Below, in pieces: positions 50,904 to 63,925 of a DNA stretch of 64,000 nucleotides. The notes beneath the pieces were generated by a model that saw only the letters and a list, made by a program, of their open reading frames with translations, had not been told where the DNA came from and made no database searches. The stretch is from Eledone cirrhosa (taxonomy: Eukaryota), in the NCBI GenBank assembly GCA_964016885.1, contig OZ024743.1:358732001-358796000 (forward strand), written 5' to 3'. Each line of letters starts with the position of its first letter. The stretch's first letter is position 1. Both the position numbers and the translations under genes were made by a program.

Positions 50904-53900
50904 GATTTCTTTATTAACCACAAGGGTTTACATAAAGTAGACATTAAGGACAGTGCAGGACAATACAGAACGGTACAAATGGGCATTTCTGCGTGTAAAA
51001 AACAAAAACAGAGGATGTAACAAAAAATAACAATGAAAAATTCCCCAATAGGGGGGAGACTTCGGAGGGACATTTGTGGAGAAAGCCCAGTAAAAGGCTA
51101 CAGTGACCCTGACCACCAAAACAAGTGCCCTCTCCCAGTTTTCCACCTTTAATTTACAGATACGTACTCAGAGTAGGCCCATTCACTCGGGCCATTCTTG
51201 CTTCTCTCACCCATCTTTCAACAAAATGCTGGGAAGAGAGCACTTCCCTCTCTACTCTGATTTTCCTTTTCGAATGAAATTTGAAAAAGTCAATCAGGGC
51301 ATCACCGAATAGGTAAGTGCTCGTCTTCAGCCCTTTCAAACGTATCCACCATACTATCTCTTTCGCCATGGCCACCAGACAGATAAAAACTGCGGGGCAA
51401 TCCTCACGATGGACTCAGATGATAGCCGGATCCGTCTTACACGCGACAGCAGGTGTTCGACATAAACCCACAAGTCAGCAATTTTCGGACACTGGACGAG
51501 TGCGTGCAGGACGGTTTCGTCGCCCTGCGTGCATCTCGGACATTCCCGGCTGACGGCACCTCCATGTCTGTAGAGTTTATCTCGAACTGGCAAGGCTCCT
51601 AGGTAGCACTGCCAGGCCAGAGATTTCTGGAAGTTGTCCATAGGCCCCGGCCCGAAAGTTCTTCCGAAGAGATTGGCTAGTTGATTTTCGTCGACGCCTA
51701 GAGTTTCCCCAAGTACGTCGTCGCTCTTCCCCTCCACTAATCCTCGATAGAACGCCAAGGTGGAGTTTCCACCGATCACATTGCCCGATTGGTCGAGGGC
51801 TGTGAGCGCCTGAAGACATTCCAGTCTCCAGGCGCTCCCTCTCGATCTTCGCTTGACCCAGGACTGCAGCTCGGTCAAGGAAACGAGCTGGGGAAATACG
51901 TGTCTAGCAAACGGAGACCACACCTGATCACCGTCGAGGAAGAGGTGGAGATGTCGTAGCCTGAGCGCGTGTCTGCGCATCATCAGCCACGGCATGCCCA
52001 GCCCTCCACGTAGCGGGTGTTGACAACAGATGAACCGCCTGACCATCGGAGCGCGCCCCTTCCACAAAAAGCGAAAGAGCAAACGCTCCAGAGCAGTCAG
52101 GCGGGGCTTAGGACAAGGTACGACGGTCAGGCGGTAGCAGATGACAGACGCGATGTACGCGTTATCCACCTCCGCTCGACCTTTCAGGGATAGCTTCCTC
52201 TCCGCCCATTTCTGGGTGAGAGAAGCCACCCTGCTCGTCACCTCGTCCCAGTGTTTGTCCGTCTGGAGGTCCGGACCGAACCAGACCCCCTAGCAATTTA
52301 ACCTGTCCGTCCGTCCAGCGCCCGACGACGCTGTTGGACGGCATGGACCTGCCTCTCCAGGTGCCGAGCTGCAGGCCCACTGACCTTTCCTGGTTGATCA
52401 TTGCTCCTGTCACCGCTTCGTATTCTCTTAGTGTAGTGCCGATCGCCTCGATGTGTTTGGCGTTCGACACCACTACGGGGACATCGTCCGCATATGCTGA
52501 CACGGATCTTCCGCATCCTAGTTCGCGCGGGACGACCCTCAACGTCTCCAGTTTGTGCAGTAATGGCTCGAGAGTCAATACGTACAAGAGGGACGAGAGG
52601 GGACATCCTTGGCGGACCGAGCGCATGATGTTGAACGGTTCCGAAAGGTGACCGTTCACTCTCACCACAGAGCAGATGTCGCTGTGCATGGCAGCGATCC
52701 AGCCTACGCATCTGTACGTAAAGTTCATAGGGCAGACCATCCAAACCAGGCGATTTACCCCTTGTGCAGCCAGTCATTGCCTCCCGTACTTCAGCGGTTG
52801 TTATCGGCTTTTCGCAACACTCCGCCTCAGTGGCCGAGAGCCGCGGCAGTCCGTCGAGGTAGACACTAAAGTTCATCCCTCGACTCGGCCCACCGCTGCC
52901 CCCTAACAGCTGAGCGAAGCGTCGCTGAAAAGCTTCACACATTTGCCCGGGATCGAGTAGCATGCGCCCGTCGTGGTCCACCAAAGACCGGATCGTGGCT
53001 TTGTTGCCACGACGCGCCTCCGCCACTCGGGCCCATTGAACGGCTTTCGTCCCCTCGTGTCTGAGAGCACGCACCCTAGCTCTGACAACACAGCATTCGT
53101 GCTTTGCATTGAAGAATTGGTCAAGGGCCAATTTGGATGACCCTATGCGATTTGTCCAAGTCCACATTGGCACATTCGGGAAATCCAATGGGTACCTGTC
53201 AGACAGTTCAAAGCGCCTGAGCAGCTTGGTGAGGCTCTTGCACCCACCTCCCCTATCCGCTAATCCCACACAGTCCCAGCGTGCATCTAAGATCCCGTTC
53301 CAGTCGCCCACTAACACTAAAGAGCGGGACGTTCCAAGAAAGGTCTCCAGACGCCGGAAGAAATCAGGCCGCCCTGCTCCTGTCGGGGCATAGACGGCCA
53401 CTAGCCTGTAAGCTTGCCCGTCTCCGCTGGTCACGTCCAGCACCACCAACTTAACCTCTGGGTCCAGGAAGATGGCCCGTATGGCGAGATCCAAACCTCT
53501 CCGAAAAAGCACAGCAACTCCTCCCCCCGATCCAGGACGGCTGGGAGATGCGTACACATCGTAGCCGCCGAAGATCGGTGCGAAGGCCCGTGCTTAGGAG
53601 ATTCTGGTCTCGCTGATGGCCACTACATCTATGTTTAGTGACCTGACGACCCCAAGCCACGCGCATTTATGCTGCCTATTCTGAGTGAGGTCATGTTTAA
53701 AATGGAGTGGAAAAGATGGGAAAGACCACTTACTGTACTTTTCGTAGAGGAAGGATGGTTTCTCCACCCCTTTTCACTTGATCGTCTGGTGAAGGGACCG
53801 TTGAATCGTCCCTTCGGCTGGTCGTCGGCTCTTCTATGAGTATGTCCGAATATACTCTCCGGTTGAGAGTCCCTCATAGGTCTCTGAAATCACCAACTGC

Positions 53901-55450
53901 GTTGGGGAATTTCGTTTTAATGTTTGTGTATTGTTTCTGTGTAATTCTTACCAGTCTTATGTTCGTTGGTGTTTTGATTGGTGCTGGTATTATGTAGTCG
54001 TGCTGTGAAATGTCTGTGTGTTCATTTATGTAAGTCATTAGTTTCTTGTTGTGTGTATTTATTGCCGTGCATTTGTTTTTCTGGGGGTGGGGTGTGGTTC
54101 TGCTATTTTCTTGTCGTTGTTGTTGGGTGTGTGTGTTTTGTTGTTGTGTTTGCGATGTTGGAGCTTGTGGTGGTGGTGTTGAAGGTGTTGTTGTTGTTGG
54201 CGGTGGGGTTGTCGCCGGTGGTGATGGTGGTGCTAGTGTGGGTGGTGATGGTGTTGGAGGTGTTGCTGCTGTGAGTCTCTTTGCAGTAGCCTTTACCCTT
54301 TTTTCATTTCTTTCCTCCCTTTTCGAAGGCGACGACGCGCTGCTTCTGCGTTTGTGCCTTCTTGCGACCTTTTGCCATCCCTCTCCCACCTCACACTCCA
54401 TGTCTGATTCTGTGAGGTCGGGGAGGGGTACCAGCTCCACTCTTTCACTTGTTGTTGTTGGTGATGTTTGCAGTGGAGTCTCTGTTGGAGCTGCAGTTGG
54501 TATTACTGTTGTTGTTGTTAATACTTCCACTGCTGCTGCTGTTCTTGATTTCCGTGGCGTGGGTATGGGTGCCACGGACCTATCGTTCCTGGTTGCCGCT
54601 TGTTCTGTCGCTGGTAGCAGTGGAGCCGGTTCCGGAAGGAGGGGGGGTTTTGTTCTTTCTCAGGGTCTTCTCGTTGCAGAAGGCCCTCAGGTGAGTCTTC
54701 GATCCACAGCGAAAGCATTTCGGGCGTTTGCCTTCAACACTTATGGGCAGTTGAGTGCCGTTATCGAAGTCTATCACATCCGGGATAGCTTCGATGCACT
54801 CCTGGTTGGTTTGGATTAACATCTCAATGGAGGTTTTGACCCAATCATTCCTTACTTTTTTCTGTACTTGCAGTACAGTTGTTTTGTCCTCGATTCCGAC
54901 GAGGACAGACGCGGCCAGCCAAGAAGGGGCCATCCGGGGGGGGGGGGATGGGTCAGTTTGACCCTCACAATTTTTTGCCCGCAGTAGGAGGGCACCAACA
55001 CCATTTCCTCGCTCCTTAGGGTCACTAAGGATTGAGCCTTTGCCTCCTGGGGTGTGGCAAAAAGCACGTCTACGGTGGCATATTTCTTGCATCGGGTGAT
55101 ATGCGTTTTCCGCTGCCACACAGACCCTAAGGCTTTTTGTATTTGAGCCTCTGTGGCTCTTTCAACCCTACGGGATTTTGTGCTTACTGTACGGTACGTG
55201 ACCGTACAGTGCTGTTGGGTTTCGAAAAACTTTTCGGCTGCCTTGCAGATTGCTCGGTGTCCGGTTTTCGTCACCATCTTCTTTGCTTCCTGTAATTCCT
55301 CATTTGTTATGAGGATGGTTTCCAGGTTCTTTGCGATACCTGCAAACGAGATTGGTTTTTCTTTGCTGCTGTTGTTGTTGTTGTCGTCAGAGCTGCTGTT
55401 ACTTTTGTTGTTGCTGCAGGTACTGCAGCCGCCGCTGTTGCTGTGGTTGT

Positions 55451-55482
<32 letters not shown>

Positions 55483-56095
55483 TTGCTGCTAATGCTGTTG
55501 TTGTTTATGCTGCTGCTGATGCTGTTGCGGCTGCTACTGTTGTTTTCCTTGTCACTGTTGCTGCTGCTGCTGTTATTACGGCTGCTACTCCTATTATTCA
55601 TGACGTCAGACGAATGAAATGGGTTTTCATATTTACCGCACACCTTTTTCGTCATTGTCGTCGTCGTGGAGAAATGTTCCATGTTTTGCACGTGATTTTG
55701 GAAACTATTTTTCTTTACTGGCGTCGCTTGCGAAAGAGAAGGGAGGGAGAGAGACACATTTAGAGAAGGGAGGGAGAGAGACAATCTTCTCTCTGCTGTA
55801 GTGACGATTGAGGAAGAAGAAGACGGAATGAGTGGGAGTGACTTGTGAAAATTCTTTTTCGTAGCCATGTTTTTTTTTGGGGGGGGGGGGGGTTTAAAAT
55901 AAATATTGGGCACAAAACCCCAATAAGCGGTTATTTAACCCCGAAGGGCCAAATAACGGGCAGAAAGACCCCTCTCACGAGGAGGAGGGTGTTTTTGTCT
56001 ACAATTTGGTTAAAGTTTTAAACAATTTACAATTGTTATAGCGGTCAAAATTTACAATACCTTACAGAGCCGAGCCTCCGTCAACCATGGCATTC
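50904..56095 (-). mobile_element. Near full-length Tx1/L1-like LINE (ORF1 + ORF2, frameshifted, internal deletions)
   Basis: ORF1 pieces 55913-53874 carry a CCHC knuckle CFRCGSKTHLRAFC. ORF2 starts near 53695 with LRIGSINARGL, VYAP and VGDWN (APE), then KSPGLDGLP, SVRQGCPLS and AYADD (RT), and CPRC...ETVLHALVQCP. Flanked on both sides by (AAT)n/(AAC)n. Confidence 0.92.

Positions 56096-56150
<55 letters not shown>
56096..56150. repeat. (AAT)n microsatellite at the 5' flank of the Tx1-like LINE
   Basis: Read directly. Confidence 0.95.
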
Positions 56151-56151
<1 letters not shown>

Positions 56152-57140
56152 GGAAGAAGGGAAGAAGACGCACATGGTGGATAGAATGTTATCGAATCGC
56201 TCCCGTAAGGTTTTGATTTTTAACATATTTAAAACAATTGTGATATAACAATTCTTAGTACAAATGAGACATAAAGCGCCAGACTCTGCTCTCAGAAATT
56301 TCGGATCCATAATATCCTGTTATATCGCTCAAATATTCAATTTTGTATTATAAATTTTATATTCAAAAAAGAAAATGGTTATAAATGGAAGAAAACCCCC
56401 TCTGTCTACACTATATAGAACAGCCAAATAACAACAATTTCACCAACACCACAAACTAGATACACCACCTATCCCATCACCCCTCTGTGTACACTAAATA
56501 CAACAGCCAGATAACGGCAATTTCACCACCACCACCACCAATCCCAGCATAATAATAATAATTACTATTCTTGTATCTCAAGTTTTCTCAAAATGTCTAA
56601 TTTAAATATTAAGGAAATATATCAACACATATTAAACATACGCGACAAACCGCATAGATACACAGATCAAACAAACGCATACTACTACAGTCTATTCAAC
56701 AAAACTCAGTAACGACAACGCCATCACTATAGTCACCGCCGCCACCACTTCATCCATCATTGCTACCACGATCCCATCACCGCCGCCACCACTCCTTCAT
56801 TGCTACCACCACTATTCCCCCACTACCTTCTGTTAATTTAAGAAAGGGGAAGGTGGCGGTATCATTAGACAAGGGAGAGGCTAGCAAAAGATATAAATAG
56901 ACTGACTTAGTGACCCGGTCAAACGTCAACGACTATGGCACTGCTGGCTCTCCCCTTCCCCACCAACAATAGAAAAAGCCCCAGCATCACCACCGACATA
57001 GCCAACAACAATAACAGGCAACTTCAACAAAAATTATATTATATTATTAATAATAATTTCATTCTTAAGCCACGCAATGCTCACATTAAGGAACCACTCA
57101 TGATAATAACAATTTAAAAAAAAAAAAAAAAGAAAACCCC

Positions 57141-60100
57141 GTGACCAAGAAATACCGGGATGGCAGCCGGCGGGGAATAGCCGTGTCTCTAGGGGAGGAC
57201 GACCCCTCTAGTCTTGGTTGACACTCGTCCTAGAAGTGGTAACACGAAATGATTACCCCTTAGCGGTTAAGGATAAAACGTGACAAAATAAAGTAAATGT
57301 CAAATGATAAAATCTCATACCGGATCGGCCGTCACCCGTGTCAAAAGGGCCGCGTCCCTCAGAGAGGAAGCAGACTGGGGTCGAAAAATCAGCTAATGGT
57401 TCAAACCTTCCCATCACTTCGGAGCTGGAGACCTCCCATAACCGGAATACTCCTACTGTTGGCCACCAAGAAATCCAAAGAAAAAGAAAGAAAAATGGTC
57501 AAGGGAAGACAATAAAGAAGTCCTTGAGGCTTTCTACACTGACATGTACTACCCAACAAATAGATCAAATACAGAACAGATATATATCAACTGGAAAAAG
57601 AAACATCCCGGAAACAGAGGCTATATTGACAGTAACAAACTAGCCAATATACTAAGAAATATTGTTAAAAAAAGTTACTAACTGATATAGAAATTGATCA
57701 GATCAAGCTATTAGCATAAAGTCAGCGAAGGGAAAATGAAACATGTGCCAGTGAAAACGAGATAAATTGTAACACTTCGAATTCCAGGGTTGGGGCGGAA
57801 TCACTGACAACAGAACAAATTAAAGAAAGGATCGAAAAAAGTGGAGGGAGTGCATGCCCAAGATGAAACTCAAAATGAAAACAATGAGATCGTAAATGAC
57901 AAAGAAATGAATGAGAATGAACTTGCCAACTTGAAGGATGGAATTATGATCGAATAGATGAAAATGAAAGAATCTGACATGGGGGAACGAGACACTCTCC
58001 CTAAGATCCAGAACTCCAAACAGAACCAAAAGATAATACACAAGACTAACATAATTCTCAAAAACATTATCATCACAAACAAACTAAACATTACTGATTT
58101 AAATCATCACTATTATGCATCGCCTAAAGTCACCACTCACTTATGTGGAGTGAAAATGACAAAACAAAGGAATTCCCACAAGAAATCTACTTGGCAAGAG
58201 AACATCAATCGCCAAATAAACCTTCTCCGATCTGACATAGCAATGTTAACAAACTACAAAGTAGGTGAACATGTTAAACAAACTAAACTTAGAAAATTGA
58301 AAAGGAAATACAGTATAAAATAAACAAGTGACATATACATGCTGATAGAAATAATCAAGCAAAAAGTGTCGGCCAAAGCTGCTCGTATAAGGCGCTTTGA
58401 AAAACGATCTAGATTCTATAAGGACAATAATATGTTCAAAAATAACCAAAGAAACTTCTACAGAAAAATTGGCAAGTCAACAATAACTGTTAAATCAATA
58501 CCACCCAAGGAGGAAGTGCAAGAATTCTGGGATAAGATCTGGGCCGAAGAAAAAGTTCATAATATACATGCCCCATGGATAGACAGACAAATGAAAGATA
58601 CAGCTCACTTTGAAGAACAAATATGGGAAAATATAACAGTTGAACAGTTGCCTTTGGCTCTTAGAAAAACCAGCAAATGGAAATTCCCAGGAAAAGACAA
58701 AATACCAAATTTTTGGATAAATGCCTTCACAGAGTTTCATGAGCTGTTAGCCCAACTTTACAATGAAATAGTTAAGGAGCCAGAAAAGCTACCATCATGG
58801 CTAGTTAACGGCATTACATTCCTGCTTCCGAAGAATTATGAGACAAACAATCCCCAAAATTACAGACTGATAACTTGCTTGACCACAATGTATAAAATTT
58901 TAACATCAGTCCTAACTGAATATACATATGACCACCTGATAACAAATGATCTATTTCCCAATGAGCAGAAAGGGTGTAAACGAGGCTCATATGGCTGTAA
59001 GGGTCAGCTTTTTGGTTAACAAAATGATACTGGAAGATTGTCATAATAGACACAAAAATCTATCAATTGCTTGGATAGATTATAAAAAAGCATTCGATAG
59101 TTTGCCACACAGTTGGATTGAAAAATGTTTAGAGATTTTCAAAACATCTCCCGTTGTCATTCAGTATGAAGACATGGAAAATATCTCCTCTTGTCATTCA
59201 GTATGAAGACATGGAAAACGACACTCCCTTTGAATAGTGAAAAAAAATCACTGGAAGCTGGAGAAGTTAATATTAATTGTGGAATTTTTCAGGGTGACTC
59301 TTTATCACCGCTTTTATTCTGCATCTCACTTATACCATTAAGTAAAATGTTCAATGAAACTAAACATGGATATAAAGTCTATGACAAAACCATTAATCAC
59401 TTGTTCTACATGGATGACCTGAAACTATTTGCAAAAAATGATGAACAATTGCAAGGGCTATTATCCACTGTGGAGCAGTTCAGTGATGATATTAAAATGG
59501 AGTTTGGACTAGATAAATGCGCCAAAGCAACGTTCACCAGAGGAAACCTGCTGAAAAGTTCAGACATTAATCTTGATCGGGGTAATGTGATAAGAGAACT
59601 TGATCAAGAAGAAACTTACAAATATCTAGGTGTTTGTGAAGGAGACGGAATCAAGCACTCGACAATGAGGGAAAGGATAAGGAAGGAATGTTACCGCAGA
59701 GTAAGAGCAATCTTAAGAACGGAATTGAATGCAAGGAATAGGATCGATGCCATAAACGCGCTTGCTATACCAGTAGTAACCTACAGTTACAATGTCATTA
59801 ACTGGTCAAGCACAGAGATCCGTAGGCCCGATACAAAAATTAGAAAATTCTTAACCATGCACAGAATGCATTACCCTAAGGCAGATACAGATAGAATATA
59901 TCTCCCTAGGAAAGAAGAAGGACGTGGGTTAATCCAGTTAGATATTGCGTTGAAAACCTGCAACAATTGGATTATCTACATATCTAAGGGAATCACATGA
60001 TTGGATGATCAAACTCGTTTTGAAACACGAAAGCTTCAAAAGATCATACTCCATTACAAAAGATGCACAAAGATACAGTAATGGACTACAAATTTCAGAA

Positions 60101-61105
60101 TTCCCATTTACTACTGAAATGGAAAACACAGAAAAAGCAAAGCATGTAAAAGTAACTGCAAAGAAAGAACTGCTACAGAAACTGGCTAAGAAATGGCAAG
60201 AAAAGCCTCTGTATGGAAAATACCCAGAGCGAGCTAACAATCCTGATGTTGACAAAACTTTAAGCCATCAGTGGTTGGCATCCTCTGGACTGAAATTGGA
60301 GACTGAAGGACTGATTATATCAGCACAAGATCAGTGTCTGCCAACAAAAAATTACCAAGCCAACATAATAAAAAATGGATGCAACCCATTATGCCGTGTA
60401 TGTAAAAAACAACCAGAGACCATTGATCATATAATTTCAATGTGCAGTCCTATAGCTCCAACCGAATACCTAAACAGGCATGACGGAGCTGTACAATACA
60501 TACATTGGATAATGTGTAAGCATTTTGACTTGCCCCATCAAAAGAATTGGTGGGAGCATCAACCACCTCCCATACTTGAAAAAGATCACATCTCAATCTT
60601 GTGGAACTTTAGCATCCAAACAGACCGAAAAATAGATGCAAATAGACCTGATATAATACTGAAGGACTTTAAAAAGAGGGTATGCCTGCTAATTGATATG
60701 TCCGTTCCAATAGACAAGAATGTATCTATAAAAACATTTGAAAAATTGAGCAAGTATAAGGACCTGGAGATAGAAATTGGAAAAATGTGGAAATTGAGAA
60801 CTAAAACAATACCAGTGGTTGTAGGCGCTCTGGGAATGATACCTAAGGGGTCTAATGATTACTTATCGTAAATCCTAGGAAACCTGCGTATAGGAGAAAT
60901 ACAAAAGATAGTACTAATGGGAACTGCCCATATACTAAGGAAGATTCTGTCAATATAAGTACATCGCAAGTGTAAACACCTAAAGATGCATGTGTGTGTA
61001 TGTATGTTCTTTCTTGAACATGGCGGACCTTGTTGTCTCTTGAGGTTACTGGTTGTGACTTGGTGATAACTCGTATGAACATAAAGCAAGAGAAATGCAA
61101 CTATA
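57141..61105 (+). mobile_element. Near full-length R4/Dong-like non-LTR element (RT + CCHC + REL endonuclease), inactivated
   Basis: NEQKGC, WIDYKKAFDSLPH, GIFQGDSLSPLLF, HLFYMDDLKL, CRVC...ETIDHIISMC, RHD, NRPDII..., LIDMSVP, KLSKYKDL and PVVVGALG. Several frameshifts, including a 37-bp tandem duplication at 59141-59214. Confidence 0.92.
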
Positions 61106-61106
61106 A

Positions 61107-61107
<1 letters not shown>

Positions 61108-61202
<95 letters not shown>
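61108..61202. repeat. (ACT)19(AGT)12 self-complementary microsatellite
   Basis: Read directly; the centre of symmetry lies between 61164 and 61165. Confidence 0.95.
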
Positions 61203-61231
61203 CAATGATGAGTGGATAGAGGCGGAAAATA

Positions 61232-61626
61232 GTAATGACAATAATTGTTTCTACTTTAGGCACAAGGCCAGCAATTATCCAGTGCATTACTGGTACTTTA
61301 TTTTATCGACCCCGTAAGGATGAAAGGCAAAGTCAACCTCGGCGGGGTTTGAACTCAGATCGTAAAGGGACGTAACTATGCTGGAAAGCATGGCGTCCGA
61401 CCCTCTACCGATACTGCCAATCCACCAATGACAATAATAATAATTGTTTCTACTTTAGGCACAAGGCCAGCAATTAGCCAGTGCATTACTGGTACTTTAT
61501 TTTATCGACCCCGTAAGGATGAAAGGAAAAGTTAACCTCGGCGGGATTTGAACTCAGTCCGTAAAGGGACGTAACTATGCTGGAAAGCATGGCGTCCGAC
61601 CCTCTACCGATACTGCCAATCCACCG
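61232..61626 (-). mobile_element. Two tandem full-length SINE copies
   Basis: Near-identical reverse complements of the 13468 SINE, bounded and separated by AATGACAATAAT direct repeats at about 61233, 61427 and 61628. Confidence 0.9.
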
Positions 61627-61639
61627 TAATGACAATAAT

Positions 61640-62400
61640 AATAATGCTTTCTTTATTAACCACAAGGGTTGACACGAAATATAACATTAAGGACAAGACA
61701 GAACAATACAGGACGGTACAAATGGTAATAAGATGTAAAAAGTGAGGGAAGTGGTATGAAGAAATGATATGATAAGGGCGATACTGGTCAGAGTAATAAA
61801 ATGGGATGGTGGTGTGCTGGCGACATTCCAATATAGTGGGTTAAATTCATGAATTGGCGGAATAAAGAATAAAAAATAATAAAGAATAAAGAATAAAGAA
61901 TACGAAATAAAAAATAAAAAGTAAAAAGACAATGATAACCGATGGGTGATAGGTTGGGGTATTAGAAGGCATCTTAATGGAGGTGAAGATTGATGTAACG
62001 TTGTGTATGAGAGGATGTGTCTATAAAACAAGTTGAGAGACTGCCGATTGATTTAATGTCCGATTGGTCAACTGACAGTTAATTATATTGAGGATGTGTA
62101 AAGTTGGTCCGTTGGCGTCAGTGTAGTAGACATTCTAAATCCGGGTGGTTTTGAATGGATAGTGAGATTGCCGGACCGAATCATGCTTGCTCGTCACGGT
62201 TTGTAGTTAGAGAATTTAGTGGCGCTTTGTGCCTACAGAAAATTGTTCGCTCCATCTTGCTATTGAGAAGCATTTTGTTATATTGTAGAATATGGAGTAG
62301 CGCCATATTGCAGAGTCCACAGTGGGACATTCACACAAACATTTAAATACTCTCGTCAACTTTTAGACCGCCCGTAGTTTCGACGATTTAACTAAAAGGA
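61640..62400 (-). mobile_element. Decayed LINE-like segment sharing its 3' terminus with the Tx1-like element
   Basis: 61640-61725 aligns with 50900-50985 (TTTCTTTATTAACCACAAGGGTT...ACATTAAGGACA...ACAATACAG.ACGGTACAAATGG). Possible C.ECP remnant near 62330. Confidence 0.55.
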
Positions 62401-62800
62401 CTACGTAATATAGACGGGTCGTAACAACGGAGAGATAAATAACTCTGTTGGTATAATGTTTGTGTGAGGAATGAATAATTTCGATAGACAGGCAGACAAG
62501 TCAGAGAGAGAGAAAATAAAGTGCGCCCACTCAGCCTCAGGTCACTGTAGAAAGGCAAAAACAATGGTCTTGTAAGCGGAAGTGACGAGTAGGAGCGGCA
62601 GGTAGGAGAAGGGAGAAATAAATAAATAAATAAAGAAAGAAAGAAAAGAAGCAGTAAGAGAAAAGGACGAGCAGGGAGGGAAGGAGTAGCCAACAAACCT
62701 CAGGCATGGCATCTGTCCAAAATAGAAAGCTACAATAGCTATGATAAAATATAAACAAAGTTATCTCGAATACCAAGTTTGAAACGCGACTGTATGATAA

Positions 62801-62856
<56 letters not shown>

Positions 62857-63062
62857 TAAACGGAATAGAAAATGCTGACAAATTGTTCAGTTGAAAAATG
62901 GTTTAATTAGGAATAAAACAGTATTAGTAATTGTATTACAAATTCAGTTGTGGTTTTAAGTTTTTACCGGTTGCGCATTTCTAAATGCTTTTCAAAAATA
63001 ATTTTGAGATAGAGTGTCCGTGTTGTTTGCTCTGATCTGATTAGTTTTGGGAATTCTACCTC

Positions 63063-63308
63063 TTTTTATGTTAAAAAAGTGGCTCCAGCGCTAGTTTGGT
63101 GTTGCAAAAATTCTTGTGGTCAAAACAATTTTGATTGGTCAGTAGAGGTCATATGAATGTAAAAAATTGATTTTGCGCCAAGACTGTTTTTATGTTAAAA
63201 AAGTGGCTCCAGCGCTACTTGGTGTTTGCAAAAATTCTTGTGGTCAAAACAATTTTGATTGGTCGGTGGAGGTCATGTGAATAAAAAATTGATTTTGCGC
63301 CAAGACTG
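63063..63308. repeat. Tandem duplication of a unit of about 123 bp
   Basis: TTTTTATGTTAAAAAAGTGGCTCCAGCGCTA...GATTTTGCGCCAAGACTG occurs at 63063-63186 and 63187-63308. Confidence 0.9.
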
Positions 63309-63414
63309 AGAAATGATTCTTTCACAACAAATATGTGTGTGTGTGTAGTAGTAGTAAGGTGTTCGATGTTGTGATAATGGTTAGCAGGGATGTGTGTCAA
63401 ATGGCTATTAAGAT

Positions 63415-63506
<92 letters not shown>

Positions 63507-63700
63507 GCAGAGTAATTCGTGGTAGCAGGGATGGTCAGTAGGAATGTGTCTGTAAGCAGTGGGGGGTATTTTAGCAGGTCAAAAGATATTTTTCAGCTTT
63601 TGTCTTATACGGAGAAGTGTGTGTGTGTGTAAGTCTCTTTGTATGTTAATGTACGCGTGTGTATGTGTGTATATATGTGTGTGTGTGTGTGTGTGTGAGA

Positions 63701-63742
<42 letters not shown>

Positions 63743-63855
63743 ACCAGTATTTTTTCCCCCTGGTAAAATGGTGTACATTATTCGATTTTTTCAGTAAAAT
63801 CGGTTCTCTTAATAGAACATCAAAAATCTTAACAATAAAAGGTGTGAAATGATAT

Positions 63856-63925
<70 letters not shown>

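Noticed and set aside
55153-55617. Poly-Leu membrane protein ORF, and similar Val/Gly-rich ORFs at 53978-54819
   Set aside because: Antisense shadows of the low-complexity LINE ORF1.
59998-60000. In-frame TGA as possible readthrough or selenocysteine in the R4-like ORF
   Set aside because: The conserved reading continues in another frame (ATIGLSTYLRESHDWMIK), so this is an ordinary frameshift.
62725-62800. GAAACGCGAC resembling a Penelope hammerhead 3' half
   Set aside because: No CUGANGA half or stem I could be identified.
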